DNA of 63,997 nt, the filler included, from Sphacelaria rigidula (lineage: Eukaryota): the NCBI GenBank assembly GCA_964200075.2. It is 4 parts of 4 records of this genome, joined end to end, with 100 filler letters (N's around TTAATTAATTAA, not from the genome) between each part and the next. Parts side by side here need not be neighbours in the genome. Positions count along the whole stretch, not along the records: positions 48,394 to 63,997 come from CAXNAA020001676.1; 3 more parts are not named here. One strand, given 5' to 3'. Below are positions 51,213 through 63,997 of this stretch, one piece after another. The notes below the pieces were generated by a model, which worked only from the letters and a program-made list of their open reading frames with translations, ran no database searches and was not told where the DNA came from. A program made the position numbers and the translations under genes. How positions within the stretch are numbered: the first letter of the stretch is position 1; the number at the start of each line of letters is the position of its first letter.

Positions 51213-51520
51213 CAGTAGAGCTGACGATGTGTACGTGAACAATGGTTGGTACTCGGTTCTACTTGATTTTAGACCGAACAAAGTTCTGAGAAAATTCATG
51301 GCCTGGGCCAGGTGAGCAGTGGACCCAGCTCGTCCAGAACATGTTTTGGTCCAAAATCGGCTGAAAGGCGTCGATTTGAGCTCTGGCAACGCACACTATA
51401 CCTAGGGAACACTCTGCACCCCCTTGCCCGAGGGTTCTCGGTATGCCTTGGTCGGGGTTAGGGTTAGCGGCATCTCCATAGTACCAACCATTGTTTACGT
51501 ACAAATCCTCGGGTCGCCTC
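51213..51520. mobile_element. 308-bp MITE with an 8-bp TSD
   Basis: TSD GAGCCATA (51205-51212 and 51521-51528); about 40-bp TIR with core GAT(G/T)TGTACGT(G/A)AACAATGGTTGGTACT. Confidence 0.8.
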
Positions 51521-53067
51521 GAGCCATAATCTGTTCCCACGGCCATTCGTTTTTTACGATTGGGTATGAGGGTGACTTCTGCGAAGACCTTTTTGCACCG
51601 AAGCCATGTGACGGAGATCGGCCATTTCCCTCAGTGTTTCCTTCTTTGGTTTTCTCTTCTTTCATCAGTCTACTCGGTCTGCTCCACCTTTTCTGCTTAT
51701 TTTACTTTTTTACAGTGGGTGTTTCAGTTTTTTCTTGTCTCGGATACGTCAGTCATGTGACCACGGCTGGATCTCTGGGGAATCAAAGTACGACAACCAA
51801 ATCAGTCATTTTCGCGTGCCACGGTTCATCACAGTAACCGTTTGATATCAAAATGCAGGTGAATTGAAGATATTCGTAGTAGCACGATATTTCGCAAAAA
51901 AAAAAAAACGTTTCTGCGATTGATGTGGAACGACTGACGGGCTGAACTGAACGGTCCTCGGGGGTCCTGTCACTACAGGACCAGGTTTCGACTGTATGGT
52001 ATATTTTTGTTCGATCGAAATCAATCCTGATCGTTCTCATGAACGAATGTACAACATTATTTTTTGAACGTACACAAAAGATGCCAACATACAAACCTGA
52101 TTTTTGAATTATCACCTCTTCATTGGTCTAGAGCCAAGAAACTGTGCTTTCTGGATCAGTGACGGTCAATTACACCCCCTGATGAATAAGGTCTGTACTC
52201 CGTGTTAATTACCCAGACGACGACTTAGAGATGGTGTCCTGAGCATGATATATTTTTTTTCTCAGTATCCACCAACTCTCGCACTTTCGAGTGCTAACGA
52301 AACAGTGTGCGAAAAAAAAAATCTCAACACTGTACCACAGAAAACTCTACATTTCAAACCAAAAACGGCCAACAACATCTCGTGTCAATTTGCGCATTTA
52401 GATATATTTCTTCAATTTTCTCGCATTCTATTTTTTATTAGGCCCTTCCTTACAGCAAACGAGAAAAACGTCCGGTGAAAAGCCTTTTTTATCCTTCTTC
52501 GTCGTATCTGTCTTTTTCTCCTGGCATTGACCATCTCCGGACAAAGAAGCTTGCTTGGCCAAAATAACAACTGCGGCCACCGGAAAACGCGAAGATGTCT
52601 TGGGACCGCGTAAGAGAGTAAAGGAAGCCATTTCAAGGTGTCAAAATCCACCTAGCTCGCCTTTACGACGTAAAACGACTTAGGACCAGGAAAGCGTTAT
52701 TACAGGATTTTTTTTGGTTGCAAGGAGCGCGCGGCCTTGGCGCGCGAAAGTGTTGGAGTCGGCAGATTTCGAGAAAAAAAAGTGGTGATGCTCAGGGCAT
52801 AATTTCCAAGTTGGTTTTGTCGAGTAAAACGGCGTAAAGACCTTGTTCAGGGCGTGATATTGACCGTCATTGGTCACCGAACAAAACCGCCATGAACAGG
52901 TGGAAATTCAAAACATATTTTCGTAAATTTGTTCACGACAACGATCGAGAAAAAAATAAAATCGAAGAGTCAAACCCTGGCCCTGTGTAGTCGCGAGACC
53001 CCCGAGGACCAGTAAGCCCGTAGGTCATTTAATATTGATAGCAGAAATGATTTTTTTTCGAGAGATC

Positions 53068-53410
53068 GGTCGCCCCAGTGGCTCAGCTGATATCCTCAAC
53101 TCTGTGGGGCGGTTGGGACGTGGGTTCGAATCCCGATGAAGTCACACGATCTGGGAGTTTTTCTCACATCGTGACCAACAGTGGAGAGCGACTATGTCGG
53201 CGGTACACAAAACTCGACTTGACCGTGGACGAGGGAAGGAGACTGCCGAACCCTTTACGCGATGAAAAATAAGGCCAGCACCGCAGAAAGAACGCGAAGC
53301 GCTGAAAATAAACAAGACCAACACTGTGTAAGCCTTCCCCCTTTGTGAGGCTGACACGTCCAGAGACACCGCAAAGGTTAGACTGGCGTCCAGAATAGAT
53401 GGGTGTACGG
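53068..53410 (+). mobile_element. tRNA-derived SINE, family 2
   Basis: A box TGGCTCAGCTG (53079) and B box GGTTCGAATCC (53123); body shared with 32370-32705; tail fragment also at about 36796-36845. Confidence 0.78.
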
Positions 53411-54914
53411 TCAATATATGCAAACATATATAGACCAAAAATACACCGGGTAAAGTGTGAGCCTCTTGCAACCCTTGTCGGCCGACAATAGTTGCAATAG
53501 GGCCATACTCTACCCAGTGTTTTTTTCGTCTTTTGCATCTATGGACTAGATATTGTCATTGCCCAGAGTGTGCAACACATACACAAACACAACACAGAAT
53601 GTGGAGGGGATACTATTATACGATCTTCCCGATCCCCAAAATTTGGGAATAACACGTTAAAGCTCTCACTGTGATGAGCGGTGGCCCGCGAAGAAACTAT
53701 AAAAAAATAATCGTTCACCACGAGAACATTACGAACATATTGCCCTTAATCAACCCTCAGACCGCGATGCGGGTAGTCCTCCTGAATCACTCATAGTTTT
53801 TCAAGTGAAATTAATGCCCATTCAGCAGGTGACTTACCCCTCGCGCTCGAAGGGTTCAATAAGCGCGGGTATTGCCTGTAGAAAGGAACGTGGTTTTTTA
53901 ACCACGTGTTTGGAAATCTCGAGCATCTTTTTCACACGATCATGATTCTGAACCTGTTCCAAATATGGTAGGGCCGTGTTTTTCGGCTCATCTCCAACAG
54001 ATAGGGGTAACTCGAAGTGAAAAAAAAAATCTTCGCGCGAAGCGAGATCATGGCCGAGCGTTTGAAAATCGCCACTGGGCAAAAATCGAGGACGCACCTG
54101 AAATCAGGGAAAGAACCATCGAATGGGACATGTCCTGTACCACTATGCTGCAGCACAAACACACTCATGCTCTATCTTGTGTGTTGTAGGGGTCGCTGCG
54201 CTGTGGCGTCTTCAGGCCTTCGTGGAGACGGATTCATCTCCGCTGGGAGTGGTATTGTGTTTCCGTTCGTCTCTATGAAAAATAATGTTGTCGGCACGCA
54301 GTGCTCTCCACACACCGTTGAAACGTTCATATTGTGTTGGCTGTTTCGTCTCGAGTCAAAGGAATAAGGCGCTCCCCAAACCCATCATTTCTGTGCTGTA
54401 GTTCTCGCTGTGCTGTTGGGTATCTAACCACTCTCCGACGACCACGGTGCGATGTGCACTGGAGAGTGCGTACTGCTGCATGCCGTGCTTCGGGCTGCAC
54501 AAAATTGGGGTGGGATCAAGGTGCTGTCGGAACAAAGAAAGGTCGAAACAATCGTCACATGACGGCTGTACAGCTGTCTGTTGAGTCTTCTCTGGTAAGT
54601 CAACTATAGTCGGGTGCTGTGATCGGGCAAGACACGCCAGGCGGGTGCGTGCAAGTTAGGACAAACAAACTGAGCCAGCACGGAGCTGCTGTATCCTCGT
54701 TCGTTACCGGTAGCAGCTGTCTATGTCGCAGCGGCGCAATGTGTGGACCAATCAAAGCTGCTTTTCGACTCATCTCCCCCTCATCTCTCATCTGATTGAA
54801 GAAAGGTCGCCGCATTTCGGTGTATTTAGAGACTTTGATTGGTTGACAAACCTTGCCACTCATGAGTCTCGCCTCTATCCGTGGGCTCAGTGCCTGTTTT
54901 TCATTTAATAAAGA

Positions 54915-55120
54915 AACAAGAAAAGTGAGAACGCCCCGTGAGATTGAGAGTGATTCTGGCGGTTTGGGTGATTTTTTTTATTTTTTTATTTGTCCTTCCA
55001 ATTAATTGCTTGCCCATCAGCTAGCTCTCCACCAATCAGAAGGACGAATGACAAAAAAGAAGTCACCAAACCGCCAGAATCATTCCCTGTCTCACGGCGC
55101 GTTCTAGCTTTTTTTTTTCT
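54915..55120. mobile_element. Foldback hairpin of about 200 bp
   Basis: AGAACGCCCCGTGAGA...TGATTCTGGCGGTTTGG is inverted relative to CCAAACCGCCAGAATCA...TCTCACGGCGCGTTCT. Confidence 0.75.
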
Positions 55121-55138
55121 CGTTAAAACAGACCATAA

Positions 55139-55530
55139 GGCCGTTTATTCCGGTTCGTATTTTCCACTTTTAGGACATTTGACAAGGTTTCTGACCCCCG
55201 AACAGGGAAAATCGCCACCACACGTCTTGGACACTTTGTATCACGCCGCCGAGGGAAGTCTAGCCCACTTTTCTGATTCGCTTGGGCCAGAGTAAAAATA
55301 CCTACAGGCTGTGCAAAATATTTTTTCCTCGTATTTTTGTCCAGAGGCCGCTCTCAAAATCTCTGACCCAAGCGAATCGGAAAAGTGGGCTAGACTCCCC
55401 TCGGTGGGGTGATACAAAGTGTCCAAGACGTGTGGTGGCGATTTTCTCTCTTAGGGGGTCAAAAACCTTGTCAAATGTCCTAAGAGTGAAAAATACGAGC
55501 CAAACAAAATACGAACCGGATGAAACGGCC
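55139..55530. mobile_element. PIF/Harbinger (Tourist-like) MITE, near-complete palindrome
   Basis: TAA|GGCCGTTT...AAACGGCC|TAA; same family as 21065-21363. Confidence 0.88.
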
Positions 55531-56484
55531 TAATATCAGACTCGCGACCGATTCAAGGAACGTCGTCGTAGCTTGCTTACCACGGGACAAGCCCAGACTG
55601 TCCAAGAGAGGGGAAAGGACCTGAAGAATGATTGCCCATCATAGAAATTTCGGCAAACTTTGCGTCGCATGGTGAGCGGAGATCACGAGCGCCGGCCGCT
55701 CAGAACAGCAGTGGATGGACGGTACGGTACGACCATGCCGCGATATATTCATATATTAATATAAAATATGGTCGAGGGAGCCCTCGCCGTCAGCAATTGT
55801 TTTCGTAAACCTTGACTGACCAGTCAAGTCCATGCGGTACTTGTTTGAAAGAAGGGAACTTCCATCCTAGTCCACGGTTTGTGTAATTCGCCCGCATCTT
55901 GTTTTTGGAAGAGAAAAAAAAAATGAAGGTGTAGGTCTTCGACCACGGTATAACACAACCCTCACCCAGCTGTCGGCCGGACTACCTCCCAAGCACAAGA
56001 GGTTGGCTGTTGCTCGCATTAACCATTGTCCAGGTGCGGGGAGTGAGGGGGGCAGGGGGAGGGTGAGATCGCTGCCGCCGTGACGTATGTCCCGTCTCTA
56101 TGATACTGCAGCACGATGTGCATCCGCCTTGCAGTTGCAGTCGCACGTTCATCTCGGGTCCTAAACTGATCTCGTCTCCGAACACTTAGAACACTTCAAC
56201 AGGCGGTGCTCTCCTTTCCTCGGTGCATTCGGGAGGAGAGGTTATAAGGGGGGAACCACTCCCCAATATTAGTACGCCTCCCGCCATCAACGCCCAACAT
56301 AACGCAGTTCACAACATCAAGCCCGCAATAGAGAATAACCCAAGCAGCAGCAAAAAGCACGCAGATACAACTATCCAGAGCATGACAACCAGACCCCCTG
56401 AAAAAATGCGCCCCTTTAGTCCCTGCCCCCTGTGATTCCTACCCCCTTTGCCCGCCCCCTACCCCCTCCAAAATACCCACTCAC

Positions 56485-57780
56485 TCTTGCAAGAAGCTCT
56501 TGTTCATATCCTCGAACTGCTTTTGCATGCGCGCCCAATCCGATTGGTCCCCAAACGCACCATCCCCATCGTTTCCTACGCCGCCGCTGCTACCATTGCC
56601 CAAACTCCCCAAGGCGCTACTCCCGCGCGCCCCATCGGCTGCTTTCTGTCCTCCCACGTCCAGCGGCAACCCCAAGCTCGCCAAGAGGTCATTAGCGTCT
56701 GCAGCGTCACTGCCGAAAGCAGTCAGCGGGTCAAAGAGAGAGTTGGTCTTGGAGTCGGCCATGTTAAGCCCCTCCCCGGCCCCCGTGTCGGCGCCCTGCC
56801 CTGTCCTCGACCCCGTCAAGCTGCGGCTGTCACCCGCGCCGCCGCTCGCCATGGCCATCTTGAAGAAGTCCGGCAAATCGTTGTCGTCATCATTTGCGGC
56901 GCCGGTGCCGGCATCGGCTAGGGCTGCATCTTTCAAGTCCTGCATTAGGCTGTTTTGTTCAGGGGTTGATGGGGGTGAGGGGTAGGGGCAATTGAGCAAG
57001 AGGAAGGATTAGCTAGGGTACACAAACGGTGGCACGTTTGAAATTAATAGTTGAACGTGAGATCAGCTCGGGCGGCATGTTTTGTCTTCGAAGTTGCAGA
57101 TTGGTGTTCGGGTGGAGGGTTTCGGTATGTTCTGTGCGAACTTCGCTATTGAGTGAGGTGGACGGAGGGCATTTCCCTTCGTGGGCATCATAATCGCAAG
57201 AGGCTTGCATTAGTTCATCAGTACAGTACAATGGCTAGACTGCAGTAATGCGTTGAGCTGTGCCGTACTGCACATTCGCCACGCTGTCACCTTACATGTC
57301 CAACCCGTCACATGCTGTCGTGTGTACGTATGCACAACCAAGGGCCCCTCCCCTCCCCCCCTCCTACAAGCACATGATACAAACGATTCATGTGCGACAC
57401 TTTGCCTGCTTCAAACCTGGGCTGTAGTGGACGTCGATAGACGGGGCAAGACTTTTCGCCACGCTCTCATCTCAGCGCGCCCGACACCTCCCGGACAGCG
57501 CTGTGCAGCGCGGTCAGCGGTCAGCTCATTCGTACCGTCTCATGGATCAGAATAGTTACTGTCGACCCCACGAGCATAAAAACACAAAGATTTTTCCCGA
57601 GGCATCATGGTTGCGCATGCTCGACCTTTGTGTCTGTGAGTACGGACCTGTTTTTTTTGCTATTGTGGGAGCACATGTAACACACCTTGAAAATTCCTGA
57701 TCTCCGGACGTCCCGTGCCCGAAGAAATCCGGCAGGTCGCCAGCGTCATCAACGCCACCCGCAGCATCCCCGAAGGTCTC
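56485..57780 (-). CDS. Two internal exons of an acidic Gly/Ala/Asp-rich protein of unknown function
   Basis: Exons about 57780-57686 and 56949-56485 join in phase (QEFS-S-LMQDLKDAALAD); the strong donor GA|GTGAGT at 56484 implies further exons. Confidence 0.65.
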
Positions 57781-59458
57781 CTGATCAACATCTGTCGGGA
57801 ATGTACCACCACGAAAGCATCGTACGACAGTGTGTGGTTGACAGACGCAGAGGGCTACGTTATACAGTTGGCCTGTCTGAGGAGTGCTCATTGCTCTATA
57901 GTGAGAGTTGCAGTACTGTCTGTTTCGTACAAGCTCGGCCTAAATAGCTTCGATAGGGGGATTGGTCAGGTGCAGCAGTCACTGCTGTATTTGTTGGTGC
58001 TTTGTGGTTTGGAGACGCGTACTGTAACGTGATATGCCCTGATCAGCCCTACACCAACATAATTGCACTGTCGTTCAGAGCGATAGGCATAACACAACCA
58101 CTTCACGACGAGCGGTAGCTAACAGGGAACAAGCAAAACACCAAAAGGAGAGAGCAGCTGCCGCATCCCTGTTGTTACCGGGCAGGTACAAGTATAAAGC
58201 ACTACGAGTACAACATGTATCATCTACAATAACGTACTTCGAAAAGAGGTATAGATGGTTTGTTGTCGCAAGACGAGCACTGTACCGACAGGGCTTCACA
58301 TCAACTTGGGCATGGAACTTGTCTGTACATGTATGCATCACTAATTGTCGCATCGGATCTCTTTCAACACTAACGCTCGACCCTAGCTCATGTCTCGCAC
58401 ACACGTCACGCTCGTCACCCACCGTTTCCATCCATCACGACGCCCGAAACTTCTGGCATAGGTCATCGTGCGAGCCGTTTTCAAGGGCGAAATGTCTCCT
58501 ATGATTCGCTTTATTTACAAGTTTTCTCCCAATATCCCGGTGATCGGGAGTGTGGATGACCAGTACTGAAGTTGAACTTCCCATTGCTCAGTGTACCAGT
58601 GCGGGGCTCTCTTCTATAACTACAAAATGTAAGATGTGCACTATTTCAGCAGAAGAATGCCGTTCGTTCAAAACATTACCGTCTAGGCTGTCATGTTTTC
58701 TTTCCAAACGGAGCGTATCCATTATTTCAAAGTGCGGATCTGACAGAAGCACAGTCAAATGTGACAATGAGAAGCAAATACAACTGGGAACACCGGTCTC
58801 GCCCTCACGTTCACTTCCGACGTTCCAACTCCACCCACTCTTCCGTCTCCGACAACAACACCCAGATATGACCAGCATTTCACATCATGTTCATGGTAGC
58901 TGCATCACCGTCGATGGCTCGTCTATAGAGCCATCTGAAGCCTTCCGATCTGCATCAATCCCTCGATCCTTACGCGCGTCGGCATCTTGTGCCTGGAGGC
59001 GCGTGTATTGCCCGTGAGACTACCCGAGCCGCACCGTCCGATGAATATGTGACTCGACCCAATCCCTTTACATCCTTGCTGTGCCGATGGAATTGCTGGG
59101 GCAGAGGCCTCTGCCGGAAGGATACGCTGAGTTCGACAAAAGCTGTAAGTGAGGGAACGACAGTCTTTGACATACTTGAGGAAATGTGTGGCCATGCGTG
59201 CATGATCTGCGGTGACGGCCGTGTAAGAAACTACTATCCTCGTGAACGTTCTATCACGACTGCTGAGTCTCATGAGTTTCCTGAGGTGGTCACTGCACCG
59301 ATGTGTCGCCGTTACCCCTCCATCCATGGTACTATGATCACTTCGGGACAGAGTACAGACGAGAATGAATCGAGTGGATCAACACCACGTGTCCCCGAAC
59401 TTGTTGGAGGAACACAGGGTGATGCCTTGTGAATCTACATCTTGCAACACTCTCGTAA

Positions 59459-59966
59459 ATGTTCCACAGACGGTGACGGGAACTTGATGTGCACAGATCG
59501 AATTCGGCCCCGAGCTCAAACCCGACACCCGACGTGGTCAGTGACGAAAAGTTGCAAGTTTCACGACGGTCATATGAACGGCAAAAGGCCTCCCTGTGAT
59601 TATTTTGCTCATGCCAAGACTTTGTCGGGGTGTTATCGGTGCCCTCACTGCTATTATGCTAGACACGATGAGGGCAAGGCGAGAGGGTATCCGTGCGGAT
59701 TGTAATTCAGTAATGATACTACAGACGACTTGCACGTGCCCCAAACAATGTGCACACGGTGGCGAAACGTGCTGTGATGCATTGACTGCAAAACTATCGT
59801 TGATGTTCCACAGTTGATGGAAGGAACTTGATGCGCATCATGTAGAATCGCCCTTCATGTGGAATATTGAACTCAACGGAGTCAGTGACGAATTGTTGCA
59901 AGTTTCACGACGGTCATATGAACGGCAAAAGGCCTTCCTGTGATTATTTTGCTCATGCCGAGACTT
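59459..59966. repeat. Direct repeat of about 165 bp, copies about 345 bp apart
   Basis: GTCAGTGACGAA..GTTGCAAGTTTCACGACGGTCATATGAACGGCAAAAGGCCT.CCTGTGATTATTTTGCTCATGCC is near-identical at about 59537 and 59881. Confidence 0.85.
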
Positions 59967-60371
59967 CGTTGCATTTACTCTCGACTACCTGACGCTGACG
60001 AGTCCCAGACTCACGGTGCTCTCGTGTGTTTCGTGGTTTAAGATTCATCTGACCCATGAACTGATTGCTTTTCTCGCGAGAGTTTGCTTGGCTCGCCGGG
60101 CTGTCGTCCCTATCGATGATGCTGTAACTTTTATTACAGGGGCGCATAAAAGCGCACTCGAGCCTGCAACACTTGGATAAGATCTAGAATAACGCTCGAG
60201 GCATGCGCCCGAACCGCATATACCCCGTCTAACGTTTAATTGGGAAGGTCACCCTTCAGCTTCGCCTGATGTTTTCTTGAAAATGTTTCGCATCTTGGCA
60301 CAGGATACCTGGGATGATGATGGGAAGCTCTATTTCGGCCCCGATTAAGCTCTATCTCGGCCCCGATTGCA

Positions 60372-61274
60372 ATGGAGATCACGGAGCTCTACTCCGTCGC
60401 GGGAGGAGCACACTTTGAACCCGCCCCGACCGATGGTGAGTTGACATTTTTCGGTCGCAACTACAGCATTATTATCTCCACACCGTGTGTCGAAGAGTCG
60501 CTCAACCGTCTCATGAGTCTAGCCGAGTGTCGTACACTTTCCCGATTGACGTCATGCTTACCGAGTGAGGATTTGAACGACGGAAGACGAATAGGTATAC
60601 ATCTGGGCAGACGAAACGAATCCGATCACGTTTCGGCTATCATTGTCTCGGCACTCGTAAAACCCCCGAGTTGCTACTGTCGGTGATGAGATTCGTCTCA
60701 CGACACCATGACTGGTGACGCTCTACGCGACGCCATCCAAGTACGAACACACGAGTTGGTTGTGGGTCTGTCGGCATGGCTGAATCCAAATGACGAGGAA
60801 ATTTTATCTGTCAATCCACCGAGAGAACTCGATGAAGACAAAATATTCTATCACTATACTTTCCGATGGAAAGCGGCAGCCGAACTGGACCCCATGATTT
60901 GGTGAATTGATTGTCTTGACGATTTCGAACCTCCTTCATTAATCGACTTTATTTTGAAAACTCGTGTATTGTGTCCAATACCGTATGATGTGGATACATC
61001 TGAATCCCTGGGTGTTTTTACATGTGAGACAAGTGCGAAGATTCCAGCAGCCGAAACCATCAGACTATCTAGCATTGTGATTGACAAAGCCACACTGGGG
61101 TTTGACAAGGATACGATACACTGTCGGCCCCCTAATCAAAAGACACGAGAAGATATGAAGGGAGAAATAATTGATCGAATAGAAATGTGCGACGAAAGTC
61201 TGCGTAACGGACGAAATGCTGTACTGGAAAGGAGGACCCTCGGAGATGGACTGGTGGTGACCGAAAAACGCTAA
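60372..61274 (+). pseudogene. Decayed intronless reading frame of unknown origin
   Basis: ORFs 60372-60686, 60708-60905 and 60954-61274 share one frame, broken only by isolated stops; globular-type composition. Confidence 0.45.
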
Positions 61275-62360
61275 CGTGGGCTGCCATTTCAAACTTTTCA
61301 GCCCCGCCCGAAATAGCCCAGGTCGGGAGCGGTTCGGCAGTACATTGACCAACCCTCTCCACTCACCTGCGCAATTCCCATTGCTTGGAACAGGTTTGCT
61401 TCGCTTGGATCACCTTGGCGTCAGTTTGTAACACGGGAGGAGGGAATCATCTGACACCGACGAATTGGCGTCCCTTGATGGCCCGACCATCTCTTGCGAG
61501 CCCAGCTCGCCCAAGATGTTCGCACGAGACTGACGCATGAGTGGAGAGTCACCCTCCCATTATTTTTTGGTCGGAGACCCACTGGGCGAAGGCAGGAGCG
61601 TGGTGGTATAAAAACGTGAAGAGTCTAGGTTGAAATTCTGATACCCATCCTCATGCGCGGGCACATTTTCTGTGGCAACCGATCCGTAGTTGTACACGAG
61701 AGAGAAATTCACTGGTCTTTATTCGACCTCCTGCAGTAGAACGTCTTCCCAACCCTAGTCTGTTGGGCGATGTTTCATGGTCGTCAGTTTGATGAAGTCC
61801 CAGATTTCGTTGGCGTTACGACAGCTGTTCCTCTGCAATACCATGGTGACCGGTGAGCATTCGAAATGCCAACTACCTCATTCGTGACGGCTCCTCAAGG
61901 AATAACAGCAGTCAAGTAGCAAAAAGGCTGGACCAGTCACGGCTAGGGTTGGGCGATTTGGTACGAAGCCGACCCTCGTACCAAATGCATTCCCGTAGTC
62001 GTGACGGGTCAAGATGAGATGAGGAAAGCGGCCTTTTTAAATTACTAGTCACCCTTTCTGCAGGAACGTCAATCTGTGCCGCCCTGTATTGAACACTTTT
62101 CGAGAAAATGAAGAATCGAGGGTTTTCCAAAAGGGGCACACATCGGCGGAAGCGGTCAGTCGTTATGATTCTGTGTCCTCGTCTTGGAGGTTGCCATGTG
62201 TATTGACGGAATGGAACAAAGTGGTGGGGGACCCAGAGTGTGTCACTCCTCGAATCCACACTTGCGGAAGTTGGCGAGCCCAATTTTTTGCGCCAAAAGT
62301 CTTGCCTGGGTCAACTCTTACGGGAGTGGTCAAAATTGTTTCAACTGTCCCAGAGGACTT

Positions 62361-62450
62361 GGTCCGGCGAAAACCCGGCGTGCCCTGTCCCTGTTTGTAG
62401 AGATGCGATATTTACGGTCGCATGAGTACGTCATTCACCGTCATGAAAAC
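62361..62450 (-). repeat. G-tract family module B-short (diverged)
   Basis: TGGTCCGGCGAAAACCCGGCGTGC...GTAGAGATGCGA matches the B-module direct repeat. Confidence 0.65.
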
Positions 62451-62710
62451 ACGCCGCCTAGCGGAGTAATGGTCTTGCGGCATGTGTACTGCTGACGACC
62501 TCATGAACTATCTCTCGACCTTTGACGGTAACGTCCCGGGTCAGTTCTAATGTTCACCTCCTTGACAGGTGCTCCCAACTGGGTTCAACGGTGATATGAA
62601 AACGTACAAGCTGGGCCAGCCCTGAAACGGATCTTACTTGGCAAAGCCTCATCTTATTACCGCATGTGTATTGAGCCGTGGTTCGCGTGGTGTATTGATT
62701 GTTGAATCGA

Positions 62711-63992
62711 GGGGAAGGTGCCCATCTACACATTGGTTTGGGCCCATTTTCTCCAGTAATTCCTGTACCCAAGGGAGATTGATGATACGAGAATCTCTTG
62801 TGAAACTATCGATATAAGCATTTGGTCAATGGCGACGAAAATTGGGGTGGAAGACGGCGAAGGGGAGCCGAATGATACATTCGGATTTTGATTCGTTTTT
62901 TCGTTAGGCAGAGGCGTTTTTGTGAAAAAATGGTCTCCACACGAGCCCGCCCTCAACCAGTGAAGGAATGAAAAATATTGTCCACTACGCTTGTCAACTA
63001 TGTCGTGGCCGGAGCGCACACTAATCTCGGAACTCCAAAACCAAACGTGGGCTTGTGAGCGGCTTGCGAAATGTTGATCCGACTTTCTACTGAACCTGTT
63101 CTTGAGAGTCGAACTAATATATCACTATCTTATCCGCACATTAGTCTGATCCGACGAACTCGTGATCACAGACGAAAGCTCGCCTTTCCAATGCAGTCCC
63201 TGTTAATTCCTCACCAGACACATCTACAAATAAATGAGAAGCGACGCTACGAAACTTAGTGAAGAGAACGAGCTGGGCCAGCCTAGAGGCTGCATGAACG
63301 TTTGCAGGCGGATGTGCCGGCCAACCTCTGAAGTTGGGTCCTGAAATTTCGTGTGGATGACGTCAAGAAGAACTAAGGTTTTTTCTTTTTCGTGAGATGA
63401 GGGCGTGTCGCTGAAACCTAAAAACTGGTCATTGCCCTTAACTCACGAAAAAACAAAAATAACCTCAATGCGCTTCTTCGATTTTTTAATATGCCCCATG
63501 CATTATCCATACCAAATTTCAGGGTCTAACTCCAAGTATTGGCCGGCGCATTCGCCTTTTGAGAACCAGATCGGTCAAAATTCGGAACAGTATTTCCCTG
63601 GCCGCTCACCGGCCTACGTTGGGTGTTTGGGTACTGAAAGTTTGTGTGGGCCCCCGCCAGGGCATAATTAACACACTTGGTGGACCAGATTTTTTCATTC
63701 ATTTTTTCACTGGTTGAGGGCGTGTTGGTATGGTGAAGACCATTTCTTCACAAGAACGCTCCAACCTCTATGGAGTAAAAAAAATGGAGGCTCATTTTTT
63801 TTTTTTATATTCGGCACTCTTCTGCGGTTCTCCACACCAATTTTCGTCGCCCTTGGCTGAACGCATAGATCGATAGTCTCAAGAGATTCTAGTATTGGCG
63901 CTATCTCCCCTAGGTATAGGAATTACTAGACATGAGGTTTAATCAACGAGAAAATATGGGCCCAAACTTTTGAGTAGGTGGGCACCTTCTCC
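62711..63992. mobile_element. About 1.3-kb non-autonomous element with about 400-bp diverged TIRs
   Basis: GGGGAAGGTGCCCATCTAC...GGCGACGAAAATTGG...CCCTCAACCAGTGAA...GTGAGCGGC (62711-63110) is inverted at 63550-63992; flanks TCGA/TTGA. Confidence 0.8.
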
Positions 63993-63997
63993 TTGAC

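Noticed and set aside
53068-53140. tRNA gene (also the heads at 45630 and 50039)
   Set aside because: A and B boxes are present but I found no convincing cloverleaf, and each head continues into a body shared by dispersed copies. These are SINE heads.

Overview
Eukaryotic, intron-rich and repeat-rich DNA, most consistent with a brown alga or other stramenopile (inferred from the histone sequences, intron style and base composition). The window is not one locus. Three identical 100-nt spacers (N44-TTAATTAATTAA-N44) join four contigs of about 16 kb in descending length order, so neighbours across a spacer are not biologically linked. Contig 1 holds a 16-exon minus-strand orphan gene (about 1465 codons, open at both ends, one GC-AG intron). 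Contig 2 holds an intronless divergent H2A-H2B pair with an identical 24-nt 3' stem-loop, a CRE-like retroelement relic, and a 43-bp satellite interrupted by a hAT element. Contig 3 holds a decayed FAR1/MULE transposase, a 1.1-kb low-complexity exon and, at its end, the first exon(s) of a spliced Pol-beta nucleotidyltransferase of the RlaP/YcgL (PF10127) type. Contig 4 holds two exons of an orphan gene, a decayed intronless reading frame and a long-TIR element. MITEs, foldbacks, tRNA-derived SINEs and a modular G-tract-bounded repeat family are scattered throughout. All family calls come from manual motif recognition; no searches were run.
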